From: Gracilinanus agilis
Lineage: Eukaryota
DNA: 64,000 bases
Direction of reading: 5' to 3'
Assembly (NCBI RefSeq): GCF_016433145.1
Contig: NC_058131.1
Coordinates: 394,560,720 to 394,624,719, forward strand
Shown here: piece after piece, positions 1 through 9,862 of the stretch
Position numbering within the stretch: position 1 is the first letter of the stretch
Layout of the letters: each line of letters opens with the position of its first letter
Made by a program: the position numbers and the translations under genes
Notes under the pieces: generated by a model
What the model was told of the DNA's origin: nothing
What the model saw: the letters and a program-made list of their open reading frames with translations, nothing else
The model's database searches: none

Positions 1-1325
1 CAGATGAATGACTAGCTAGTCATCCCTCTCCCATTTTGTATTTGTAAAGTTGATTTTTGAACCTGAGAATGAAATTTTACATTTATCCTCAACTTGCATC
101 TCATTAGATTTAGTTTCACTTTCTAGATTCTTAGAACCTTTTCTTTTTCTGATTCTATTATCCAATGTGTTAGCTATCCTTTCTAGCTTTCCATATTTCT
201 AGTGTCATCTGCAGCTTTGATAATTCAACTGAGTCTCTATCCAAGTGATTTATAAGAAAATGTAAAAAAGCATAAGACTAAGTACAGATTCACAGTGTGC
301 TCGACTAGAGACCTCTTTCCTATCCAACATAGAAATATTTATTAATTTCCAATTACATTTAAAACAATTTTCAGCATTTATTTAACTGATTTCTTGAGTT
401 ACAAATTTTTCCTCCCTCCCCTTTCTAAGATAGCAAGCAATTTGATATAGGTTATATATGTGTCATGCAAACCATATTAGTCATGTTGTGAAAGAAAACA
501 CAAGTCCTACAAAAAAAAAATAAAGTAAAACATAAAGAAAAGTATGTTTTGATCTGCATTCAGTCCCCATCAATTGTTTCTCTGAAGGTGCATAGCATTT
601 TTCATCATAAGTCCTTTGGAATTGTGTTACATCATTGTGTAGCTGAGAAGAGCTAAGTCATTCACAAATGATTATTGTAAAATATTCCTATTATTGCGTA
701 TAATGTTCTCCTGGTTCTACTAACTTCACTTTGCATAAATAAATTGTCTTTCCAAGTTTTTCTGAAAGCATCCTGCTCATGATTTCTTATAGCACAAATA
801 CCTGCACTATAGTGCCTACTTCACATGTCTTCATCTTGTCTAGATAAACTATATCTAAAATTTTCTTTGTGTCCACCAATCTAAAAGCACATTGATGAAA
901 ATGAGGTTATTGTGGTTTGACCTAATCTCAATGAAATTGTATTGGCCCTTTGTGATAATCCTTTTCTAGATGTTCATTAATCATCCTTCTCTAGATGTCC
1001 ATTAATCATCCTTCTTAACAAACACTTCTAAAATTTTGCCAGGAGTAGAAGTCAATCTTATTACCTTATTGGAATTTAGTTTAAATTTTTTTCTCTTTTT
1101 TTGGAAATCAGGATAAAGTTTTTCTTTCCTAGGACTCAGGCACCTCTCCCATTTTCCATCATCATTCCAAGATCACTGACAAAGACTTCGCAATCTCTTG
1201 GAGTAGTTCTTTCAATAACATGGTAAGTACTTCTAAATACTCCTAAATTTGAACTGCTGAAGTTCAAGTTTAACCTCCCTTACTATCTCCCTACTCATCT
1301 TAGGTTTCAATTCTCTTACCTTAAT
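1..1325 (-). mobile_element. Degenerate L3/CR1 LINE ORF2 fragments, interrupted by an L1 3' end at about 375-815
   Basis: CR1-RT-like tracts (TCATCTGCA..TTTGATAA; AATTTTGCCAGGA..GAAGTCAA; GGCACCTCTCCCATT..AAGATCACTGACA). The intervening segment is a marsupial L1 3' end on the minus strand. Confidence 0.65.
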
Positions 1326-1599
1326 TCCAGGGGTATTTTGGAGTCAGCTTGATTATTAAGTTTTCATTATGAACATATATACCTAGAAATTGACAAATGC
1401 TACAAATCAGGAATTGATTTGTTATTTTGTTTTATTTGTCTGGACTTAAGAAAGTGACAGAAAAATGTTAATAATGCAAATTTTTTGGGATAGTCAATTG
1501 TGAAACATTTGCCAGCTTTATTCTTTCATGTATCCATTATCTCACTTAGTGGGTATAACCTCCACAACTGTGTAGAACACAGCCTATTTATACCTCCTC

Positions 1600-2200
1600 A
1601 TTTTCTGTGACTTTAGTTCCATGTCTCCCCATAAATTCTCCACAAGGCAAGACATAGGGCCAGGACCTTTCTCCTGTATCTCTGGACAGTATATGGATAA
1701 CAAAGGACCACAAAAGATGTACTCCTCTTTCTCATTACTTTACTGGTCCATCTCCTTTTCTCACACATCTTTGTTAATCTTTAATACTTCTGGTGTGCAA
1801 ATCTTCATTGGTCATGCCTAACAGACTATTTATACTTGTCATTTCTTTCTCCATTGTTCTTTGTGTGATCTACAGTTTTAATTCTTGAGACTCTCATCTC
1901 TTAATCTCTTCGGATTAATTTGCTGCTGCGTAGCATTACTAGGAGAATACTGGTATTTAAAAGATGGACATTTGTTTCAGAGAGAAACCGGGATTGTTAA
2001 ACGCATTGTGCCATTTTCTAAATGCAATCCAGCCTGCCTTTTTCTCCCATTTAATTTTAGACCCAAGATATCTATAGTGATAGGGCTTACCATTCAACTG
2101 AATATCATTGTCTGGACAATTGTAAGACTTTATCCTCTTGTGGGTTGTTTTTTTTTCTATAAAGATAGGGTCAAACATTTAACTGATAATGGATTTTACT
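1600..2200 (-). mobile_element. RTE LINE 3' ORF fossil
   Basis: Minus ORF 1957-2178 reads ...IQLNGKP...YLGS...KKAGWIAFRKWHNAFNNP, an RTE motif (YLG..KRAGWIAF). A degenerate RTE C-terminal coding region continues toward 1600. Confidence 0.75.
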
Positions 2201-2454
2201 GAGGAAGCTCAATGGGATGGAGGAACACTGGGACTGAACCAAGCATATACACAGAGGAGATCTGTGCTGGAGGTGACAAAATTTTAGGATACTAAGGAAT
2301 GTATTCATAAAATATCTGCAAGAAAAGAGAATATCAACACTTGGAAAAATATCTTAGATGCTATTACTATGAAAATGATAATGCAGTGTTAATAGCTATC
2401 AACCTGCTTGCTTACTTTTTCATCTCTGCAAAAATTTTTATGAGAAAATTTAAT

Positions 2455-2672
2455 AATATTAATGATAGTTGCCATTTATATAGCACTTTAAGATTTACAA
2501 AACACTTTATATGCATTTCATTCTCATAATAGCTCTGTCAGATAGGACTTTTTTTTTTTACTATTCACATGTTACAGATGAGGTAATAGAAGATTAAATG
2601 ACTTTCTCAGTATCACAAAGCTAATAGCTATCTTTAGGCAAGATTCAAACCTTCTGATTGCAAGTCCAGCTA
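2455..2672 (-). mobile_element. MIR-type CORE SINE
   Basis: ATTTATATAGCACTTTAAG..TTACAGATGAGG..TTAAATGACTT core. Confidence 0.7.
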
Positions 2673-3239
2673 TAGAAACATCAAGAGCCTCCTTGATTAT
2701 GGCATGAGAAAGGAACCTACTTTTGCTTCCATTTTAAAATATATGCATATATGATATAGTATATATATAAATATATATATACTTAACATATAATACATAT
2801 AAACTATATATTTTATACTTATATGTATATGCAGCCACTTTGACGTCTTTAGACAACTCTCCTCTTTTCCTCCTTAAGAATTATTTCTTTTCTTGTATAT
2901 AGAATTTAATTTTAAAGAACTTCCCATTCTTGGTCTGACTTTTCCTGTAGAATTTTAATATAAGGGATTCTACCTAGCCGTTTTCTGGACATTGAAATCT
3001 ATTGTCTCCAATTTAAAAAATATGGCCCAGATTTCCTCTCCTCTATCACAGATTCTAAGATGGAATGGCCATTTCTCCCCAAGGCTCCTTGCAACACTAC
3101 TTATAGCAAGTAGCACCTTTTGTATTAGTAACAATTAGATCCAAAACAGACATTTCTGTCCCTTTTCCCAGGTCATCTTCTAGACAGCATTTTTTGCCAA
3201 GGAAGGTACCCTCTCAACCCCTATTCACAATCCACTCTA

Positions 3240-3370
3240 ATTCAGTATTAGAATGTAAGACTTTGATAAGCAGGAAATCTATTTTTCTATTTAAATCCCC
3301 AGGACTTATCCCAGTATTTGACACATAGTTAAGTAGTAAGGGCTTAATAAATGTTCTTTCATTCATTACT
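3240..3370 (+). mobile_element. L2 3' end
   Basis: GAATGTAAG..ACACATAGT..GCTTAATAAATG..CATTCATT. Confidence 0.65.
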
Positions 3371-4011
3371 CAAATCTTTTTATCTTTTTAAGGACAAAAT
3401 TATCAATAGCAAGTTACAAAATTACTAGCTACTCTCCTTCTGAAAGATCTCTAACAGACATCTAGATAATTGAAGTTTCCATCATTATATGCCATTATGC
3501 CAGACTCATACTCTGTTTCAAAACTCCTCATCTATTTCCTCCACCTGTCTGGGTGGTTTGTAGTATATATCAGATAGTATCTTTTTCTTTTTTCTGCTTC
3601 TTTTGATCTTCAGCAAAATATGTTCTCATCATACATCCTCCCTTTGTTGTCTTGATTTTTCTCACAAAGGTGTATTTTCTAAATATATACTACTACTAAT
3701 CCTCAGCTTTTCATTTTGAACTAGGTATAAGATTCCAAAGCCTTTGTTCAGTCATCTTTCTTGTCCTATAAAGTTTTAGTACTATCTATGAGGTCAAAAT
3801 TATTTACCTATATGAGGATCATCTCATATAGCTACTTTCCTAGACTTCTGACTTGTTGAATATGTATGTGAGGTTAAGTGACAATTAGCAAAAGCCTGAG
3901 CAGGGCTTTCACAAAATTCAGGCCTTGTAATTCTAAATTTAGTTCTTTTCCAACAGATTATGCTGCTGAGACAATCTTAATGTCTGAATTGGCCTAAATC
4001 ACTCCCTATGT

Positions 4012-4245
4012 GAAACATATTTTTGGATAAAGAGCTAGCCCTGGAGTTAGAAAGACTAGAGTTCAGATGTGGCTTGGACACTTACTAGATGTATGGCCCT
4101 TGGCAAATCACTTACCCATGTTTGCTTAAGTTTCCTAATTTTTCAAATGTGCTGGAGAACTCAGAAATGGCAAACCACTTCAATATCTTTGCCAAGAAAA
4201 CCCTAAATGGGTTATGAAAGTTGGGGTATGACTAAACAAGAAGTC
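4012..4245 (+). mobile_element. MAR1-type SINE (CORE plus RTE/BovB-like tail)
   Basis: GAAATGGCAAACCACTTCAATATCTTTGCCAAGAAAACCC tail. Confidence 0.75.
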
Positions 4246-5470
4246 AAAGAGAAGACGCAACTCTGTATTGGTAAAGGAAGTCTCTTACCAGGAACACCCT
4301 ACATTGATGAAATCATAGGCCTGGTAAAACAAACAGCAGACATTTCATAAATATATTTTTAAGTAGCATTCCAGTCATCTGGAATTCCATAATATGCAGA
4401 TAAAGCAAAATCACAGGGAAGCTGATCTTTCCTTCCTAAATCATTCGAGGGCACATTTCCAGACTCTTCTTCCAGAGAAGATATTGGGTTTTTCATATAA
4501 CCTACTAAATTTCAGCTCCAGGGTACATGCATTTTCTTTCTGGGGGAATCAAAAAGCATAAGTTTCCATCTGGTAGAAACATTTATTCTTCATTAAAATC
4601 TAATGGCAATTCCCAACGTCAGTTTAGAACTTGTTTTCCCCATTTTTTTCCAACTTCAAATACTTTCTAAATTGTGTTAGCTGATGCATTGTATGTATAT
4701 AATTAACTGGCAGGTCTCCCTGGGCTCATTTAGCTAAACTTGTGGAGTTTAACTGAGCAAGACAATTGCTGATGTCTCTCCCTGTGGTGACACCCACTGA
4801 AATGAATACCTGAAACAGAAAGAAACAAGTGAAACTGTTTCCCCCCCACATTGTTTTCAGATGATATTTATTCCTCATATCTGGGCAGAACTATATGATG
4901 GAGGTAATTATCACAGTTTGTTTCAAATGCATGGTTGATTTGCAAAAGGAAAATGAAGAAAACGCCATAAATGTTTTCTTTCCAATCAAAGAAGTCAGTC
5001 TGAAGGGTCTAAGAAAGACATCAGGAATAGCAGGCTGTCTTTTTAATTGAGCCGCTCGGAATCCCCACTGGATTGCAATGCATCTCACTGGGTGTACAAC
5101 TTCCGTATACTTCAAAGGGCGTTCCCTGCCTAGAGGAAATTCAAATGATTCTTAGAAGGTGATGTCTTTAAAGACCAAGCAAGTAAAAAGCTAAAGCAAT
5201 TTTGCAGGTTAGAGAAAATTCCAGGGACTGAGCATAGGAATGTTTTCTCATCAGATTCGCAGTTCACTGTAAGGTACTTCCATTTGCCCAGAAAGACACA
5301 AACACTCTACCTTTTAGTACTTGGGAGTGTCATTCCTTTGGAATTGCATATCCTTTGCTTCAGATAGGAAGGGAGGTGCCACACTTGCTAATCCTCAGTG
5401 AGCCCTGACTACATCTCTTAAGGCAATCCTTGGCTCTGCGGGCTACCACTCCCTAGTCCCTTCTCCCCTT

Positions 5471-5488
5471 CCCCCCCCCCCCCCCCCC
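5471..5488. repeat. Poly-C18 tract
   Basis: 18 consecutive C. Confidence 0.95.
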
Positions 5489-5920
5489 GACAATTTAGGA
5501 AAATAAACCAGAGTAGCACCAAAGAGGCACCAGAAACAGTCTACAAAGGGAGCCTGGATGTAGGCTTCACACGGACCCAAAGAACAATCTTTCCCCTTTA
5601 TCTCTCCACCTACTCTCACCCTCCAAAATCCTTTGAGGATGGAGCCGCTTATATGGCTCCTGGAAAATCCAGCGATATAGGGGATTGGGGCGTGTTCCCT
5701 CATTCGGGTACTAGCTCACGATCCCCGGTAGCCTAGACCCGGAGGAGCTGTTTGGGAGAGAGTAAGGTTGGCAAAGCCCGCTGCTGCTCTGGGTAACCTG
5801 GCGAGCCGGGTGCCGCCGCTTTGCCAGGTGTTGGTGGTGTGCGGGCGCGCTGCCTGGCTTAGCTCCACTGCAGCAGGAAGGAGCTGCCATCGCCACTGGG
5901 GGAAGAGTTGCCTGGGCTGC

Positions 5921-5971
5921 TGACGCGGTTGGACAGAGGCAAGCTGTAGGGGAGGAGCCTGGGCTCTAAAT
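5921..5971 (+). promoter_or_regulatory. Core promoter motifs: half-CRE (TGACG 5921-5925), GGGAGGAG box (5950-5957), TATA-like TAAAT (5967-5971)
   Basis: Motifs seen directly. Their order resembles my recollection of the human SCA12 upstream flank (GGGCTGCTGACGCGGTTGG...GGAGGAGCC...TTTAATGC). Confidence 0.55.
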
Positions 5972-6057
5972 GCTGCAGCCTCCAGTACAGCGCCCCGGCA
6001 GCCGCCTCCTGCTGCAGCCGAAGAAACCGTAGTGGCTACAGCAGAAAGCAGAGGAGG

Positions 6058-6099
6058 CAGCAGCGGCAGCGGCAGCAGTGGCAGCAGCAGCAGCGGTAG
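6058..6099 (+). repeat. Interrupted CAG/CGG triplet tract, orthologue of the human SCA12 repeat
   Basis: CAG CAG CGG CAG CGG CAG CAG TGG CAG CAG CAG CAG CGG TAG, followed by CTGTAAGCGCACGCGTGTGGGTGTGAG, which resembles the human 3' flank. It lies about 700 bp upstream of the Bbeta1 ATG. Confidence 0.88.
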
Positions 6100-6630
6100 C
6101 TGTAAGCGCACGCGTGTGGGTGTGAGTGTGTGCACCCGCCCGCACGCCAGCCTGGCCGCAGGGGCCAGCCCGGCTCCCAACCCCCCAGCCGGCGTTTCTA
6201 TCACCGCCCAGTTAGAGCCACCCACCCAGAGCGGAGACCTAGACCCTCTCCCTGCGTGGAGTGGCGTGGCGTGTTGGGGCGAGCTTCGGTCATCCTAGTC
6301 CACCTCTCCACCCGAGGGAGTCCCGATCCAGAAAGACACCATTTTGTAGCTGGACGCTTTCCGAAAAGGGCGGCGGGGGGGTGGGTATCTTTGGTGCCAC
6401 TGCCAACCAGGGGGGACCTGTTGGGCATCTCTCCCCAGAACGCGAGCTCCTGCCTACTCCGAGCATCTCCTCCCCGGGCTGGACCAGATCTTGCCCGGCT
6501 CAGCGCATCCTTCCAGAGCGACAGTAGCTGCTGCAGCATCTCTGGCAATCGAATCCCTAGGAAGTGGTGGCGGTAGTAGCCGCAGCAGTGTTGAAAACCT
6601 CGAGTGTAGGAGGTGACATTTCGAATTCTT

Positions 6631-6677
6631 CTCTTCTCTTCGCTCTCCTCCTAATCCTCCTCCTGCTCTCCGGGAAG
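6631..6677 (+). promoter_or_regulatory. 3' splice site of the ATG-containing exon (pyrimidine tract, CTAAT branch point at 6651-6655, AG at 6676-6677)
   Basis: Long C/T tract and a branch-like CTAAT about 23 nt before GAAG|GAC. Confidence 0.6.
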
Positions 6678-6681
6678 GACT

Positions 6682-6723
6682 ATGCTGTGCTCCCTCCTGC
6701 TACCCTGTCCCCCTCTCCTCTGA
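6682..6723 (+). other. uORF1, 13 aa ([13 protein letters not shown])
   Basis: ATG at 6682 with A at -3; TGA at 6721-6723. Confidence 0.55.
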
Positions 6724-6744
6724 GGCTGGTGGCGGGGAGAGATC

Positions 6745-6813
6745 ATGGATACTTGTCTGCTGGCTTTTAGTTTCCACACAAGTAACCCTGCTGTCAATGG
6801 AGGAGGACATTGA
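6745..6813 (+). other. Overlapping uORF2, 22 aa ([22 protein letters not shown])
   Basis: ATG at 6745 in strong context (ATC-ATG-G). It is out of frame with the main ATG at 6797, and its stop TGA (6811-6813) lies inside the CDS. Confidence 0.65.
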
Positions 6814-6866
6814 TACCCGCAAAATCAACAACAGTTTCCTGCGAGATCACAGCTATGCTACCGAAG
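6797..6866 (+). CDS. PPP2R2B: First coding exon of PP2A regulatory subunit B55beta (Bbeta1 isoform); 70 nt, phase-1 donor
   Basis: Translates [23 protein letters not shown]+G, the known B55beta N-terminus, followed by GAAG|GTAATG. The next exon (ADIISTVEF) was not found in the window. Confidence 0.97.
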
Positions 6867-7838
6867 GTAATGCCACCAGCCGCATTTAACCCCGTGGGGC
6901 CTCCGCTGAGAGGAACTTGTGGGGTGCGAGCATTCTAGAAAGCGGGGTTGGTGGTGCAGGGGACCGGAGGGTAATGAGCATCGTGGGAGAAGAGCTCCCT
7001 GCCCAGCAGCTCTGGGGTTGGGGTGGAGAAGGGAGTGTGTGTGACTGGGGGCTCCGCCTGCAGGCTCCTCTGCTATGTCAGCGATCTTGCGCCGCTTTGA
7101 CCATCCAGGGCCTGCCTGGGGAGATCAGGTTTGGAGCAGCAGGTGGACCAGGAGCGCACTTGAGTTAAAGGCCCGAAGAGGGGCCATATCTCGAGGGTCA
7201 TTTTCCAAATAGAAGATGACCCCAGAGAATCTTAAGTTGCCACCCCCACTTAAGGTGATCAGGCTTCGAAGGTTGAATTGAGATGGACTGGTAGGTGAAA
7301 GGCTCTGAAAGGCAGCAGAATGTTGGTGCATGCCTTAGCGATTCTGTGGAAGGCAGGCTTTCATTTCCTGACCATTTATCTCTCAGACCCGGTGGATACC
7401 TGGGTTGGCTATCAGTCACGCAAAGGCCCTCTGCAAACAAGGACTATGCAAAGAATAGAGTGGTTGGGGCATGGGGGACATAGATGTAGGTAGTGAGTCC
7501 TATCTAGTCTGACACGTGGGGCAAGGAAGACAATCAGCTGTCCTTAAAAAATTATGATTATGAATTCTGCAGGGGCAGTTTTTGCTGAATCAACAGCCAG
7601 CAGGAAGGAAGTATGCTCAGCAGCCCAGCTTTGCCAGGAGGTGAAATTGTCTTTGCTTCCTCACTCAGCTTGTTCTTGGATTAACCTAAATCCTAAGCAG
7701 GCTGGCAGAGCCGGCAGGTGAATTTTCAGTATTCTTTGGTGTGGAGGTTTTCTTAAATTCCAAAACTTTTCCATTGCTGTTTTTCATTTCTATTCTTCTG
7801 CCCTAAAACCTATGGATGCTGACTATATAGAAATGTAG

Positions 7839-7840
<2 letters not shown>

Positions 7841-7874
<34 letters not shown>
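7841..7874. repeat. (AC)17 microsatellite
   Basis: Direct count. Confidence 0.95.
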
Positions 7875-7878
<4 letters not shown>

Positions 7879-8184
7879 CCACCATCATCTTTCCTATTTT
7901 CATTGCTGCATGCCTACAGCACTGGGCACTGTAGAGTAATGATTGGATTGGGTCTCCATAGACCTCCTTCTGTTCCTTGATAAGGGAGATAGAATATTAA
8001 TCTTGGAGTCAGGAAACCTGGTTTCTTGAACCAGCTTCATCACAACCAGCCACCAGATCTTGAGTGAGCCTTTTACTCTCCGGGACCCTTTCCTTCCTTC
8101 TCATCTGTAAAATGAAGGAGTTGAAGATCATCATTAAGCTCCCTTTCAACCTAAAAGTTATGATTTTCAAGCTGTGTTCTTTGG

Positions 8185-8352
8185 NNNNNNNNNNNNNNNN
8201 NNNNNNNNNNNNNNNNNNNNNNNNNNNNNNNNNNNNNNNNNNNNNNNNNNNNNNNNNNNNNNNNNNNNNNNNNNNNNNNNNNNNNNNNNNNNNNNNNNNN
8301 NNNNNNNNNNNNNNNNNNNNNNNNNNNNNNNNNNNNNNNNNNNNNNNNNNNN
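8185..8352. other. Assembly gap (168 N)
   Basis: Run of N. Confidence 1.
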
Positions 8353-8389
8353 TTCATTTCCTATTTCCTACTATGTTCTAACTACACTG

Positions 8390-8745
8390 GCTCATTTTTG
8401 CTATGCAAACTTGGTATATACTATCATGCCTTCTGGTCTTTGCACTGGCAGTGCTTCATGCCTGGAATGCACTCTCTCCTCATCTCTGCAAGAGAATCAT
8501 TATTTTCTTCAAAGCTCAACACAGACACCACCTTACTTGATCCTCAGGCTCCTTTGGCTCTCTTCTTCCTCAAATTATCTTTTACTTGTCTGTCTCTGAA
8601 AATGTTGCCTTACCTTGATGGAAAAAGGCAGACTCCTGAGGACAGGTATTTTTGCTTATTTGTTCTGTCTTTTCTTTGAACCCCAGGACCAGTGCCTTGC
8701 ACATAATGCTTAACAAATATTTGTTGGATTGGATCTGTATTAAAA
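8390..8745 (+). mobile_element. L2 3' region
   Basis: GCCTGGAATGC..TCAAAGCTCAA..CTCCTGAGGACAGG..GCTTAACAAATATTTGTTG. Confidence 0.7.
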
Positions 8746-9614
8746 TAATTATATCTGATTGGCTTCATCACTGATCTTACCTTACTGTGAGACATAAGAG
8801 AAAAAGGGATCGAAAGATAAAATGGAATTCAAATATTAGGGGGAAAAATAATGAACTTGGGATAGAATATGCTACATCATTTTTCTCTTGGCCCATCATT
8901 GAAAATTTTTTAGTTAACACAGCTAGTGAGAGGAAGAAGAATTGCTTCTTTTTCTGCTTGGACACCTTTAGGGGACACTCAAAAAGCCCCATCAACTTTT
9001 CTCTGTTTACTTTTTAAAACCATTTTTACCACTCAATTGAAACAGCTCTGTTTGCTCTGATTCTAAGGCCTTACTTCTCTTTGTGCTCCCCTTTGGGTTT
9101 CTTTCACTGGTTTCTTTCCTTTCCAACTGCTCAGATCTCTTGACAATTTAAAAAAATTCTCATTTGCTGTTACCTCTGCCCTGGATGATCTCTAAGGTCC
9201 TCTCAGCTCTCAGAGTCTTATGTAGCTCTGCCCTCAGCTCTGATCATTCCACACTGCAGTATTCTATTTAAAGCTGAAAGGCTTTTGCTGGGTAGTTAGT
9301 GTGAAGGACTCTAAGCTCAATTTGCATTCTAAGTGGTAGCTGCAGGCAAGTTCTTTCTATGGAGAACTGGAAAACTGCTATAGGCCAGTTTTACCTTAGG
9401 TGCTTGAGTGTTATTTTTTTTAGGCTGGAGAAATGAATTCCTAATGTGTATGCTTGTTAAAGGTATTTCATATCTTGGTGTCCTTTCTTTAGTTTTGTTA
9501 GTGCTTTGGTATATTTCTAATGGATCCCTTTCTTCTCTTTCCTAAGTGTTCTGGTACCTTTGCTTGCTTCACTCACACATATACCTGAGGAGAGAACAAT
9601 TTACAGCCATTTTC

Positions 9615-9862
9615 TTCATCTTTTTTTCTTTTCTTTGGTCTGGACTTAGGATTTCTTTGGTGTCTTTGGTGTAGAAACTCTCTTCATCAAAGTAGATCTG
9701 GACCCGCTCAACAATTTTCACTGTTAGGGGATTGCCTGGGGCAGCGAGAGGTTAAAAGGCTTGTTCTTAAGTCCTCTTGTCACTGTGTGTCTGAAGTGGA
9801 CTGTAAGCCAGGTCTTCTGTCTCTGAGGCTGGCTTGCTATCCTTTATACCAAGGTGCCTCTA
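9615..9862 (-). mobile_element. Therian CORE SINE with GATGAAATCACAGGTCC-type tail (Ther/WALLSI-like)
   Basis: TTTGGTCTGGAC..GATTTC tail plus MIR-like head. Related pieces at about 4255-4325, 26280-26460 and 40365-40590. Confidence 0.55.

Larger units (their letters stand above)
5690..7210. promoter_or_regulatory. PPP2R2B: CpG island / PPP2R2B Bbeta1 promoter and 5' UTR
   Basis: Dense CpG and GC-rich sequence against a CpG-depleted, AT-rich background; surrounds the first coding exon. Densest at about 5700-6560. Confidence 0.9.

Noticed and set aside
965-1014. 25-bp tandem duplication with one mismatch
   Set aside because: Ordinary slippage inside an old L3 fragment.
1885-2202. 105-aa plus-strand ORF and overlapping 73-aa minus-strand ORF
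   Set aside because: Explained by an RTE LINE fossil and its antisense shadow.
5970-6032. ATG-started 20-aa ORF in the polyAla frame just upstream of the repeat
   Set aside because: It stops (TAG 6030-6032) before the repeat, and the ATG overlaps the TATA-like element, so it is probably upstream of the TSS.
6130-6576. Several overlapping 88-148-aa ORFs in the CpG island
   Set aside because: Mostly non-ATG starts, Pro/Gly/Arg-rich, no recognisable homology; expected from stop-codon scarcity in GC-rich DNA.
8064-8599. ORFs spanning the N run
   Set aside because: Artefacts of the assembly gap.
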